Assembly: GCF_964355755.1 (NCBI RefSeq)
Contig: NC_092679.1
Location: 23,047,432 to 23,111,431, forward strand
Direction: 5' to 3'
DNA: 64,000 bases
Source: Antedon mediterranea
Taxonomy: Eukaryota; Animalia; Echinodermata
Shown here: piece by piece, positions 52,402-64,000 of the stretch
How positions within the stretch are numbered: the stretch's first letter is position 1
Layout of the letters: each line of letters starts with the position of its first letter
Notes under the pieces: model-generated
Databases searched by the model: none
The model's input: only the letters and a program-made list of their open reading frames with translations
What the model was told of the DNA's origin: nothing
Program-made: the position numbers and the translations under genes

Positions 52402-52709
52402 CATGTCAAAATGATTCTACTGCAGTAAGTGAAGTAATTATATTATTGTATAATAAGTCATCATTTTACATTGAGCCGAAAAGTGAACCGCTATTATACT
52501 GGTCTGCCGATGTTTGAATGCGCGCGCGCGTGTGTCTTCTTGTGACGTCAACGCCGATTTGGTACATTTCCATTATTCATATTTACTGACTAAACGAATT
52601 GAAGTTGAAAAAAATTATATTCTTCTGGAGTGTCCAAATTCAAGTAACTGCAGTAAATTGGAAAAAATGTACGCTACTGCAGTAACGGCGGTAGAATCAT
52701 TTTGACATG
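52402..52709. mobile_element. MITE with TIR catgtcaaaatgattctac
   Basis: Perfect 19-bp inverted ends catgtcaaaatgattctac / gtagaatcattttgacatg, with further imperfect subterminal pairing. Confidence 0.7.
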
Positions 52710-53096
52710 TGATGTCCATCTCTTTCTGAAACACCATTGGAACGTCTGCTCAAACCTCAAAAGTTTTCCAGGAACTCACTTAACATCCAACTGCATTATA
52801 CAAACTATACTGTATTATCCAAGTATTTAAGGTCTGTGTGCCAGAAGACCTATTAAATCTATAACATAAACAATGTGCCTTCACAAACAAAAACTAAAAT
52901 GTTTACGAAACGGGCATGAATTGAGTTCTAATAGCGAAACACATTGCAATAAAATACATCCATTAAAGTTTAGGATGCCTTTCACAACTACTCTTACTAA
53001 TCCAGCACTGCTCCACTACAGTTAAAATTCCAAGTACACCAAATAATTTATCCCAAAACTTTAAATACAGATCAGATTCAGAAAAGGACACCTTAC

Positions 53097-53560
53097 CGTG
53101 GTTACGTCAACGAATTTATAAATATTATCAATATATATGTATAGATGGTCTTGCAGACAAGAAGTTGAAAAAGGAAATACAATCCTATGTAAAACCTTAT
53201 ATATTCCTTCAAAATATTGTCCTTTCTTCGATCAATGCAATTCTTAAATGACACGTTCAGACGCTCTCTAAATATCCTCGTATTAATTCCTTGCGCAAGA
53301 TGTTAATTATAAATCACGTGGTATTATCTGCAGGAAAGGGGAGTTTCAACCTTTTTCTCTCTCTCTCTTTCTCCCTCCTGTATTTGGCAGAGACACAAAA
53401 GTTCGTTCGTCTGACTCCCTATTCGACTGATTGGTATTTGCTTGTACAAGTTCATTTTTTACCTTCACTGATTCACTGTTGACAAAATACCGTGACTATA
53501 CTCTAAAATACGCCCCTTGTGGGCGGAGCTTTTCAAATTGAAAAGAGTTCACCAATCAGG
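53097..53560 (-). promoter_or_regulatory. Probable thrombospondin non-coding first exon and proximal promoter
   Basis: Minus-strand donor (CACG|gtaagg) ends an exon at 53097. GC box gggcggagc at 53521-53529 and CCAAT at 53552-53556. The first coding exon has an acceptor 19 nt upstream of its ATG, which implies an upstream UTR exon. Confidence 0.45.
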
Positions 53561-55261
53561 TGGAGAGGTTGGCGTATGAAGCCAGTTAAGTAACAACTTT
53601 GGATGCAGTCGAGTCGTCGCATTTGTGGTGGAATTGTAAAAGTTTAATTTCAATAATATTAGGTATACAAGTTCATATTTAATCATATTAAATTAAACTG
53701 TTTAGCGCATCGACAAACATTAACATTCGAACACATTTTGGTGGCTAATATAATCGATCTAATCTAATCAAAGTTGTAATCTAAACGCTTAGAAATACAC
53801 AATGTGTATACCACCCATCTTTCGAAATTCACATTCAGTTATATTTGTATCCACGGATCAAATATTTGGAATAAGCTCCATGAGAAACAATCGTTAAACT
53901 AGAGATACTATGTTCAATCGAACATAAACACAGTCAGAGGAATACATACATAAATACAGGAGGCCTATACTATGATTATAAACTAATAGAGGGTCACGTA
54001 AAGGCCAATTTAGGAGCGGTAACGGTAATAAAAATGTAGAATAAATGTGTTATTCCCTAATATACAATGTTTGTCTTTAATTTCTAATGTTTTATGTATG
54101 TAACTGAAATCCTAACTGACAGATACCGGCTTCATTTCAAAATAATAATATGCCTAACGCCCTCATCTGACAACACAAAAACTGAGGGAACTTGCACAAA
54201 CGTATCGTAAATGTTATTTTATACATAATTATTTAAAGCACGCTACATATTATGCCCATTTTACCAGGAGGACCGGACCATTACGTGAGCTGGACCCAAC
54301 CCTGTGACCGACGACAGACAACCATAATTCGGTACCAGCAGGTCTATGCACGCTGAGGGAAAAGTCTTTATATCTGTATAGAATTCTTTACGTTAAACCA
54401 TTCATAAATACGTACGTGTGCGACGTTTCGACTTGTTTCTAACAAATCTTCATCTGGTCATGACATGAATGGTTTAAGGCAAGCAATTATATACAGATAG
54501 TTAATATCAAACCAGATGAAAACATTTGTCTTTATTTATGTTGATAATACATACCATGTACGCATTGAATTTGAATCTGTATTTATCTTAGTGCAGTAGA
54601 ACACATTAGATAGACACCTTTGGAACAAACAAAGTTCCCCTTAATTGTGTGTTATAGGCCTATAGGTTTTGCTGTACAAAACACATTGTCTCTCGTTCAT
54701 TTCACAAAGTGTGCAGGGGGGGGGGGGGGGGTTAAGGGTGTCCAAAAGCGGAGTTCTACTATATACTACAATATAATGTTTTTACAACATCGGATTATTT
54801 ATAACATAATAATGATAATGTATAAATTATACTCCTTACTCTAGAGGTGAGAATCCAACCTTACTAACTTTACTTCACAAGAATCTAATTTGAAATGCGG
54901 GGAACTAAAATAAATCATGTTTATATTTACGACACGCTCGCGTAATCAGTCAAACGAATATAGAAACATGCACCCCAGCAGCGAAATCGGTTTTCACAGT
55001 ATATTATTATAGGCCCATGGTTACTTATTATAGGCCCATGGTTACTTGTAATGACAACCATATTAGATATCTTAGTTAATCGATGCCTTTTGTCCTAACA
55101 CACGAACTTCTACCACGGGAGAACGTCTAGATTACTGACTGTCATGTGTGGGTTTATTTTAAATTTATGACGTGTTCATAGGGCCTACATATGGCAGATT
55201 TTATTACAGTAAACCCCCTTTATTTGTGACACCCCTACTCAGGGGACACTCCTTATGGAAC

Positions 55262-55406
55262 ATTTCAGTTCAGTTTTATTCGGTTCACTAAAAAATACAA
55301 AGACAAACATAACAGAAAAAAAGCACAAGATAGCAGTATTAATAGAATGAAACGAGAAATAACCCAAGAAAGTTTAAAAGAAAACTTATTTCCATTGGGG
55401 TCCTCA
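55262..55406 (-). mobile_element. Probable LINE 3' tail remnant
   Basis: Minus strand reads gaggaccccaatggaaataag...T-rich...aataaaactgaactgaa (polyA signal plus short-repeat tail). Confidence 0.4.
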
Positions 55407-56006
55407 GACATAAAAAATAACACTGATAATTGCACTTAAAGCGCCCTACTAAGTTAAACAATTGTAATAAAAAACATAATATACAATTTTTTTAATGTAT
55501 ATTGAATAGAAAAATGTAAATAGAAAAACAAAGCATTTGCATTATTAGGCCTAGAGCCTTTTCAGACTGGTGATTGAAAAGTAAACTATCACTAAATATT
55601 AAGCTATTATTATTAACAAATCAAATACAATAGAACCTCTATTAAAGGGACAAATTTGTAACACAAAGTTTCTTTATTATTATTATTATTATTATAATTA
55701 TGGCTTTGACCATAATTTCTCCTCGTTCGTTTCAGAAGAAAATGTTCCTTAAACAATGATCTCCTCTGAATATAGGTGTCCCAAAGCATCGGTTCTACTG
55801 AATTAAAATCAACACATTTCTAAAAGTCAATAGTTGTCCCTATTACCAGAAAAGGATATATTTAGATTGAACTGTCCAGAAATTGTTGAAGATCATCATT
55901 TGGGTCAGTTTAAAATTGTTACCGCCAGGCTGGCAACATTACTACAAATATTACGAATATAATAATTTGTGTCGCCTATTTTAATTATTGCTTAAGGGTA
56001 TTTTTT

Positions 56007-56120
56007 ATGTATTACACGACACGTACTTCAGTAATGGTGTATGGCTACATGTATGTATTACACGACACGTACTTCAGTAATGGTGTATGGCTACATGTAC
56101 GTATTACACGACACGTACTT
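56007..56120. repeat. ~46-bp tandem repeat, 2.5 copies
   Basis: gtattacacgacacgtacttcagtaatggtgtatggctacatgta repeated. Confidence 0.85.
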
Positions 56121-56699
56121 GTACGTATTACTTTCATTGAATAATCGGAATTTGTGTCATGTAAAGGCCAAAGAAGCAAAACTCACTCTTAAGAATGAAG
56201 GTACTAAAAGAGTGAAACCACACTTTAAAAAAAGTGGAGCAATTCACTCTTTTCAAAGAGTGAAAACCACTCGTTAAAAAGAATGAAGCAATTTACTTTT
56301 TCAAAGAGTGGTTTTCACTCTTTCAGGAGTAAAAAAGTGTGAACAGTCACTCTAAAAGAGTGGTTTTTTCACTCATTTACGTTAAGAGAGTATTACACAT
56401 ACATGATCTCAACAGCTGGAACTAAATACAAAACAAAAATGCCAAATGTATTTTTTTTAACCAAAATATCTGTTTTGACACAAAATGTGATTAATTAATT
56501 AAATATTTTTCAGCTAATGATCGGAAAGGGATTGAGGAGTCTCAAAAGTATTCCAATAACTTCCTCCTATGTGTGACATTCTCATCTAAAGTATATACTA
56601 TCAAACTCATTTCAAAGTAAATATCGGAAATGTAATATGGAATTAAGCGTGAATCAACAACATTACATGAGTCTAAAGCTTGGTTCCCACTAGAGACGT

Positions 56700-56856
56700 A
56701 AGCTCTGTCTACACTATCATACTTTATGTGTCATAATGTGATGTGCACATGAACATGATGACGTCATATCACAACCCTATTTTGGGCATATCACTACCAT
56801 ATTTGGGCATATCACAGTTTGTTTGTCAAACTAATTTGATAGTGTAGACAGAGCTT
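56700..56856. mobile_element. aagctctgtctacactatc MITE copy adjoining the end of an aagcttggttcccactag MITE
   Basis: TIRs aagctctgtctacactatca / tgatagtgtagacagagctt, immediately after aaagcttggttcccactagagacgt (56676-56699). Confidence 0.75.
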
Positions 56857-59186
56857 TATATTTTCAATTTGAACTTGGACTTATAGGTTATACATAAAGT
56901 AGACGATAATTTAAAAATTAATTCGGCAAAATACTTTTGGAGCACCTGCTATTGTATGTTTGTAAACCAAATTTAGTTACAAAACTTCCTTCCTGAATTA
57001 AATCTCTGAAATATATTTTGTTTTATCACAATAAATATCAACCCAAACCTGAAATAAAACAGATATAATGGAAGTGACCTATCCGCCGCAAATAAACATT
57101 TCCCATCATAGAAATTCTCGCCTAAGTTAACCATAGCAAATTACCTAGGCTTACTACTTTAAAATTAATCAAAATTAATCTAGAAAACCGCACTTCAAAG
57201 TTAATTATCTTACCCCAGTCACACAATATTGTTCCAGTCAATCATCATCAAAAAAGGCAGTGTATACTTCAATTTAAAGCGGCACTCGGTGTATAAAAAC
57301 GTAGCACTAACCGGAAGCAATATGTTGACATCGTGTGTGACGTCAGAGAATAACTTCCGTCCAATTAAACTCTTCGAAATAAAAGCTCACGGCTGGTATA
57401 TAGGCAATTTAGTATATTTTGGCTACGGTCTGACATTGGCAATGGATATTGATCTGTTTCGGACATAATGCGGTATTGCATTAAAATTATGAGAACATTG
57501 AACTTCGGGTTAATGACCGGACAAAATTAAAATATTTAAAAATAATACGGTAATGATTGTTGGAATGAATCTGAGGATTATGATGGTTGTGATACTAATA
57601 CAAAGTATAATATGCTTCAGCTCTTAATTTGAGGCAAATAATGACAGCGGTGATAATAGTTGTGATGACGATTTGCTAATTAAATTTGACCTTCTTGTCT
57701 ATAGTTACAAAATCAATAGCAGCATATAAGAAAACAAATATAAATGTATAGGCTAACACAATTTTTTGTTAATGATACGATTAAATGAAAATCTCAAAAA
57801 TTATTCTACGGTAAGCACATTTTTTACTACAATAATGTATAGTTTTAGTTTGTTACAATGTGAAAGTATGAAGCAGCCACTGCAATAAACGGTGTATATG
57901 ATGACCCCCCGCGAGGTCAACATTTATGTAATACAAATTTCACCAATTAAAATCGAATTGAATTATATTGTGACATTCACAAAGGATGCGATTAAGCTGG
58001 AATTCTGCGTATTGCGTGGTCTTGTGTCTTACAATCATGTCACCTCGATAATCAGTGGTTGCAATGTCACGTGGCACACCTGTGTCAATGTACTATCCCG
58101 GATGACAGTACTTAGTTCATTTCCAGGTAGTCGCAAGCACCCTGTTGTTTGGATATTTTCACCGTCTTAAATATATCTATCTATTCTAAATTAACAAACT
58201 TTACCGGATTTTTGTTTGCTGCAAACTCTACCACTGTTTGAAGAAGTTTGTGTAAAATTCATTTCTTTCATTCAGTCAGCATGATTTTGTCTATCTGGAT
58301 GACTGCAAAGGACAACAACTATTCCCTATAGTTTGCAAACTTTAGTAAATTAGTTTTTCAAAAAGGTGCACGAATTTCTGCAAAATAGTTTTCTGCAATT
58401 TGCTGACGTTATTACTCGTTAATTTAGCGTTCGAGTACATAAAGTGACCACTTAAATCACACAGAACGTTTGAACTTGACTATTGCGTGTGGAGCTAATT
58501 GTACTTTATAGGTTTCTAGTGAAACTGACACCATAGTAGAGTACTTATTTCAATCGGCAAATCAAATAGGCACCCATATACTGTTTCGGCAACAAAATGT
58601 AGGGTTGTTGAATACACTCTTATTACGGAATTCAACGCCGTAAATCAACAGTAATAAATGTAGGTTTCAGGGGTTAGTTATAGGCCTAGGCTAGACCACC
58701 AGGCCACCAAATTGACGCTAACCTAACCGGGTTATACAGTTGAAGGTCCCGGTATAGTTATGTACTAAATGACAATAAATTTCATACAGCAGCTCCTAAA
58801 TGTCATTAGACATGTGCTGGTAATATTCAAACTATAATTTCCATTAGCAGCAGCACACGAATTTCTGTAAACAAAGTCGAGGGAAAACTGGATGAAGGTA
58901 GAAAAACAAAAACACTTAACAACAATATTAAGATACTTGATTTAATAATTAACATAAAACTGGTATAAAATATAATATAGGCCTACATTATTATTTTTCA
59001 TTAGGTTGATAAGTCACGTTTTAACTAAAGCTTGGTTTCCACGTGGATATATAATAGTACGACGCGATGGATCGCCCGAACGCATTGTGTCAACTTACTT
59101 GGACCAGGCTTTAGACATTTTATATCAAAAAAGAAACTTAAATATAATGCTGCATTCTTTTGTGTAGCGAAATATTTGTATAAGTA

Positions 59187-59253
59187 TAATAATAATAATA
59201 ATAATAAGATTTTTATAGCGCACACACCACTCCAGAGTGCTCAAGGCGCATTT
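59187..59253 (-). mobile_element. LINE/SINE 3' tail with (ATT)n end
   Basis: Minus strand taaatgcgccttgagcactctggagtggtgtgtgcgctataaaaatctt(att)n resembles an L2-type stem-loop tail. Confidence 0.5.
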
Positions 59254-62200
59254 AAAAATAAAAAAGAAATAAATCATACAAATTCCTGACAAATAAAATG
59301 CAATTTCTTTGGAGGGTCCCCATCCGTTGTCGTTCTGTCGCGGTCCCGGACCCCTACCTAGGTGACCAAACAAAGGAGCAGGATACACATTTGCCTTGCC
59401 ACAGACGACCGGGTGCTCAGAGACAACAACCAAGACAGAGGCACCCCAAAGATAATGCTGGCCAGGGTGCAACAAATGAACACAGACACCCCTATTGATA
59501 AGTATGCATTAAAGATAATTATGATTATCAGATTTTTATTCTGTGCCGAGTTTATTTTCAAAATTTCATTTAATTGAAAATTACTGAACCTAAAAGTCGT
59601 TTAAAACTTAGATAACGATGATGTTTATTTTAACTATTAACTGTTATTTTGTATATCATGCAATACATAACGATGAGTATAAGGGAATTCACTCATTCAC
59701 ACAATCTTAGAAACGTGACCGTACGGTAATACAGATATGTTTGTGGTCAGAAATGTACCTAGAAAGAAGAAAGTACAACGTACTCTCTAAACAACCAACA
59801 AATGAACACAGACACCCCTATTGATAAGTTCATATTTCAAATGTGGAAAATAAAACTATTTTTCATAATCTGTTATTCAGCTGTTTGATTCCCTTGACAA
59901 GGGTGGATATTCTTGTCATATAGGTAAAGGGAAGGGAGACCTTTCGCAACATAGCAACGGGTACACTTTCCTAAGAAGGTAATAATATTAATACGCCCTT
60001 GTGAATTGATGAACTTTGATGACATTATTTGATTTTTTGTCTCCGAGAAGAATGCAATAGACAACATTGTTGGGGTTCCGTCCGGTTGTTGATATCATGA
60101 CGATTAAACAAAATTGTTGACATCAATCTGCCGGTTAGACAAAATTGTTGATGAAGAAAAAAAAAACAGGCGCACCTTCCTCTTAACAACATGATTCTAA
60201 GCTACGGAGATCAAAGGGTTTGCCTGTGGCTACGCCCCTTAACAGACACCGGACAGAGAATATATCGTTGGTATTTGTGCAGCCATACATACGAGACTGT
60301 TACGAGTTCATATTTTGGCAAGGCGTTCTGTTGTTAGATTGCCTTTGGAGGAAACTCAATGGATTGCCTTAGTTCGACTTGTCCGAGCGTGTTATCAAAC
60401 TCTTTACAAATGTATTCATCTTTTGTTTCTTTTGTAAAGTCATTATATGTATTGTTTTCAATCAATTTAGAAATGAGGTAGGTCTCTTGAGGAGTACAGG
60501 ACTTCAACTTTCATGTTTCTTCTTATGTGACAATTGCAATTACCAATTTCACAACGTCACTCACTAAATGTCTACATCAGCATGGCATATAAGCCCAATT
60601 TACACAGACGAGCGGTAACCAATACCAATATAGAATCTATGTTATTCCCTACCAACATTGAACACGAATTATGGTAATCAAAACAAACTTTACTCGATTT
60701 TAACTTGGAATCATAATATAAAATTGATACTAAAATAATAATAATTAGGCCTAAGACATGTTGAAACCACTCTAAACTCTACGGGCTGATGATTTTGATG
60801 CAATAATAATGGAAACATTAGGATTTGACATTGAGCCAAAAATGGAACAAACTGAACAGATTTTAACATTCAATGTATTAAAAAAACACATCCTTTTGGT
60901 ACAGTGTTAGTCATCGGCAAGTTACAAAGCATACCATAGCTCCTCAATGTATCTAACTTCTAATCGTTATGAGTTGAATAGTGAGAATATTGCACGATGA
61001 GTTGAAATAGTTTGACGAGCCAGGACGTTACTGTTATAGTTAAAATAGTCACATTTCTACAAATTCAATATTCTCTCCATTCAACGAATACACAACATAT
61101 ATTATTGGTTTTACATTACAAATCATACAGTTATAGACAGCGCAAACTTAAAGTTTGATTTTCGAAAGCGGATTTTTACACCGAAATATCACTTTTCCGT
61201 TCAGTAGAACCAATTCCTCTATTCTAATACTGAATGAACGGCATCACTTATGCGATGTGAAAGGGGTATTAAGAAAATTGGTGACCAAAATGTACCGAGA
61301 GAATTGAAACACCCACGCTCTTTCCCCCCAGACGCGTGGTATTTTTAGTGAATTAAAAGTACCAGGTTTTTCTAGGTTTAAGTGAAAAGTAAGGCAATTT
61401 AAACCCACTAAATTATATGAGAGAGGCGCGCAAGAGTGGAACGGAAGACATAAAATTCATTTTCAAATTAAACTATTACACGGCTAATTAACTCCCCCGG
61501 TCGCTTAGCCTGGTAAGAGTCCAACGATGCATTGCGTGTAAGGTTTGTGCCATCTTGCTTGTAAAAATACCTGATGTTTTTCACTACTGTTTCCTTTCTT
61601 AGTGCCTTTTAATGGAGAAGTGTATTTTTAGTATTTAAGAATTAATTTTACGGTATAATGCGTCATTATAATATGAAGATGAGCATAAGTATATAAGCAT
61701 ATGCTTAGGATATGGAGGTACTGTATACGTATTCTGTACACATAAAAAAAACTCCGAAAGCTTATAAATAATAACACATTATCGGTTTAGGAGGTCTACC
61801 AATACAGTAAAATGTTTATGGCACGCGATTGTTGACAAAGACCAACAAAGTATGTTAAGGCGTGTCATTGATCATCTCTTTACGTCCTTGAGTTTCGTCT
61901 CTAGTGGGAACCAAGCTTTAACGGCACGGTTATTTCAGAAGAAATTAATAGGAAAAATCACGATGATCATTGATTTAATGAAAACGTAACAACAGAAGTA
62001 CAAGTACAAATCTCTATGACCTTACAATTATTAAAATGATCAGACGAATCATCGATATCATAATAGCCTACTGAACGATCGTCAATGTCTGTCATCTCGA
62101 GAAAATATAAATATTTGCCGTTCTCCCAGAAGACCTACGATAAGTGACTCAATAGTTTGGTAAGCTGGCAGGTTAAACTATAATTAGGTAGTCTTATGAT

Positions 62201-62593
62201 GACATGTCATCTACCAATGAGTCATTATCAATGATTTAGCATAAGTCATCTTTTACATAACTTTATCCATACACATTAGTTTGCCTATACGGTATTGTAA
62301 TTATCAATGATAAATTATTATTGTTGCTACGATAGCATACTGCAACAGCGCTGCTGCTGGTATGTACTACGGCACTGGTGCTGCTACTACCACAGCTATA
62401 TAGGCCTAGCATCACGATACTGGCACTACTGTATTAGTTGTGTTACTGCTGTCCCAACAATAGCAACTCCTATCCATCATTGTTCATACTACTTCTGTTA
62501 CTACTCCTACAACGTCAACCACTATCTATTGCATGCTCTGGTACTGTTATTGCTGCTACTACAACTACCAACATATCACTACAGTGCGTGTCA

Positions 62594-63195
62594 TTTTCAC
62601 GCTGCTGCTCTAGCCCGCTACGTCCCATTAGGACTACTCAATCAGAAGCTAAAGCAAGCAGCAGTTATAGTTCTAAGGACAGACAGTTTTGTGAAAATGG
62701 AAACTCCACTATGATTTATTAATTCCAGCTGCTACAGTGGACCCAAAAAAACGGCTGGGAAAGAGTCTATTAGGACATGTCATGCTAAAATTACAAATCC
62801 CTATATTCACTGTCAGTGTCAGATATTCATTGAATTATTATCGAAACAGTTAATTAAAGTTTGTGTTTGTAATAGGATACTTCACAATTGAAATATCTAG
62901 GGTGATGAAGTGACCCCCAGATTTGACCTTAGCAATAAAATTAACTAAAGTGACAGAAATTGAGTATTCACTTCTGTAACAAAAAATTAATATTTATTCA
63001 CATATAAAAAATGAAAAGAAACCCAAAAACCATTGTCTGACAGACAATTTAAGTATTTGTTGCTTTAAATTACATTTTTTCAGGTAAAATAACTATCTAT
63101 TATGTGACAATAAAATGACACATTCAAAAACATTTGAAATAAAAAATATTTTTCAATAAGCGAGCAGCGTTTTTTGTAAGAAATATTTCTTGTTT
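62594..63195 (+). mobile_element. Helentron/DINE-1-like non-autonomous element (copy 2)
   Basis: Near-identical to 17165-17770, with the same termini (ttttcacgctgctgct ... agcgagcagcgttttttgtaagaaatatttcttgttt). Inserted into a (tac/tgc)-rich low-complexity tract. Confidence 0.7.
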
Positions 63196-64000
63196 ACTTT
63201 CTTTTAGTTACGATTTCTGCGGCAATTTACTACAACTAACAACTATTATCTGCAGTGAAGGTAATGCTACTGCTACTACGATTGCTTACTGCAACTTCTA
63301 ATATGATATCACTACGGTACTACAGCTATTACTCATTTTTCTGCAATCCCAGTATTTAAATAAACTCATTTACATTTTATAGCGCATCAACAATTGTTCC
63401 AAATTATACTAAACTGCTGAACCAAAGGCATTAGTTCAAAAGCATAATTATTTTTGACGGATAAGACTGGGTACGCGAATATCTAAAGTTGGATCATCCG
63501 TGAAATGAATGTTATGCGTCACGACCTAACGTAAACGTGTGTACAAAATAACCCAACTTGCTGTTAAATAAATATCTATATTTAGCCAACAGGATACGAA
63601 TCATTTACATAAAAATGTATATTTATAATTCAGCATTCACACAGAGGTGGAACCACTTTGTGAGGCGGTGTGATGATCTGGTAGGCGCTACACTGCTGGA
63701 TGCCGTGGATCCATGGAGGGCCTAATTCGAATTTCTTCAGTTTCCAGTTAAACTTGAGGACCAGAATAATAAATTTAACATTTAGCTTCAAGACGCCTCA
63801 GATAACAAATACAACATTTTAAAACAACAAAGAAACTAACAGAAACATCAATCAAACCTTCCCTATTAACCAGAAATCGTTGTACATAATAAAACAATAA
63901 CGCATTTATAATACATGCCTCTTTATTACTTCGCACTGATTTACTTAAAAAACATAACATAAGCCAGTTAGATTTTTAAATGTGTATTTTTAAAATGGAC

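Noticed and set aside
59025-59577. Cluster of overlapping short ORFs
   Set aside because: They span a MITE end, an (ATT)n retroelement tail and a locally duplicated 33-mer, with no coherent splice structure or recognisable domain.
62307-62722. 135-aa and 94-aa Cys/Tyr/Leu-rich ORFs
   Set aside because: A low-complexity tac/tgc tract fused to the start of the repeated element also found at 17165.

Overview
AT-rich eukaryotic (metazoan) genomic DNA with spliceosomal GT-AG introns. Gene content and a Deu-domain-type SINE suggest an invertebrate deuterostome, possibly an echinoderm (inference). I reconstructed six genes by hand, with reading frame checked across every splice junction: (1) a small secreted single-WAP-domain protein (minus, 446-1618); (2) a 48-aa candidate N-myristoylated microprotein (minus, 3926-4072), below the ORF-track cutoff and head-to-head with PSMA6; (3) proteasome alpha-1 subunit PSMA6 (plus, 7 exons, 246 aa); (4) an uncharacterised 189-aa six-exon gene (plus, 14635-18659); (5) a 425-aa TAM-like receptor tyrosine kinase with only a ~27-aa ectodomain (plus, 11 exons); (6) a 1239-aa subgroup-A thrombospondin (minus, 23 coding exons). 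Introns carry many non-autonomous elements (hAT-like with 5-bp TSD, Mutator-like MITE with 9-bp TSD, Helentron/DINE-like, Deu-type SINE, LINE tails, short MITEs) and tandem arrays. The most notable array is an 84-bp minisatellite made of the PSMA6 exon-4 end plus its splice donor. Another is a ~185-bp palindromic satellite that fills a kinase intron. The last ~10 kb has no gene I can support.
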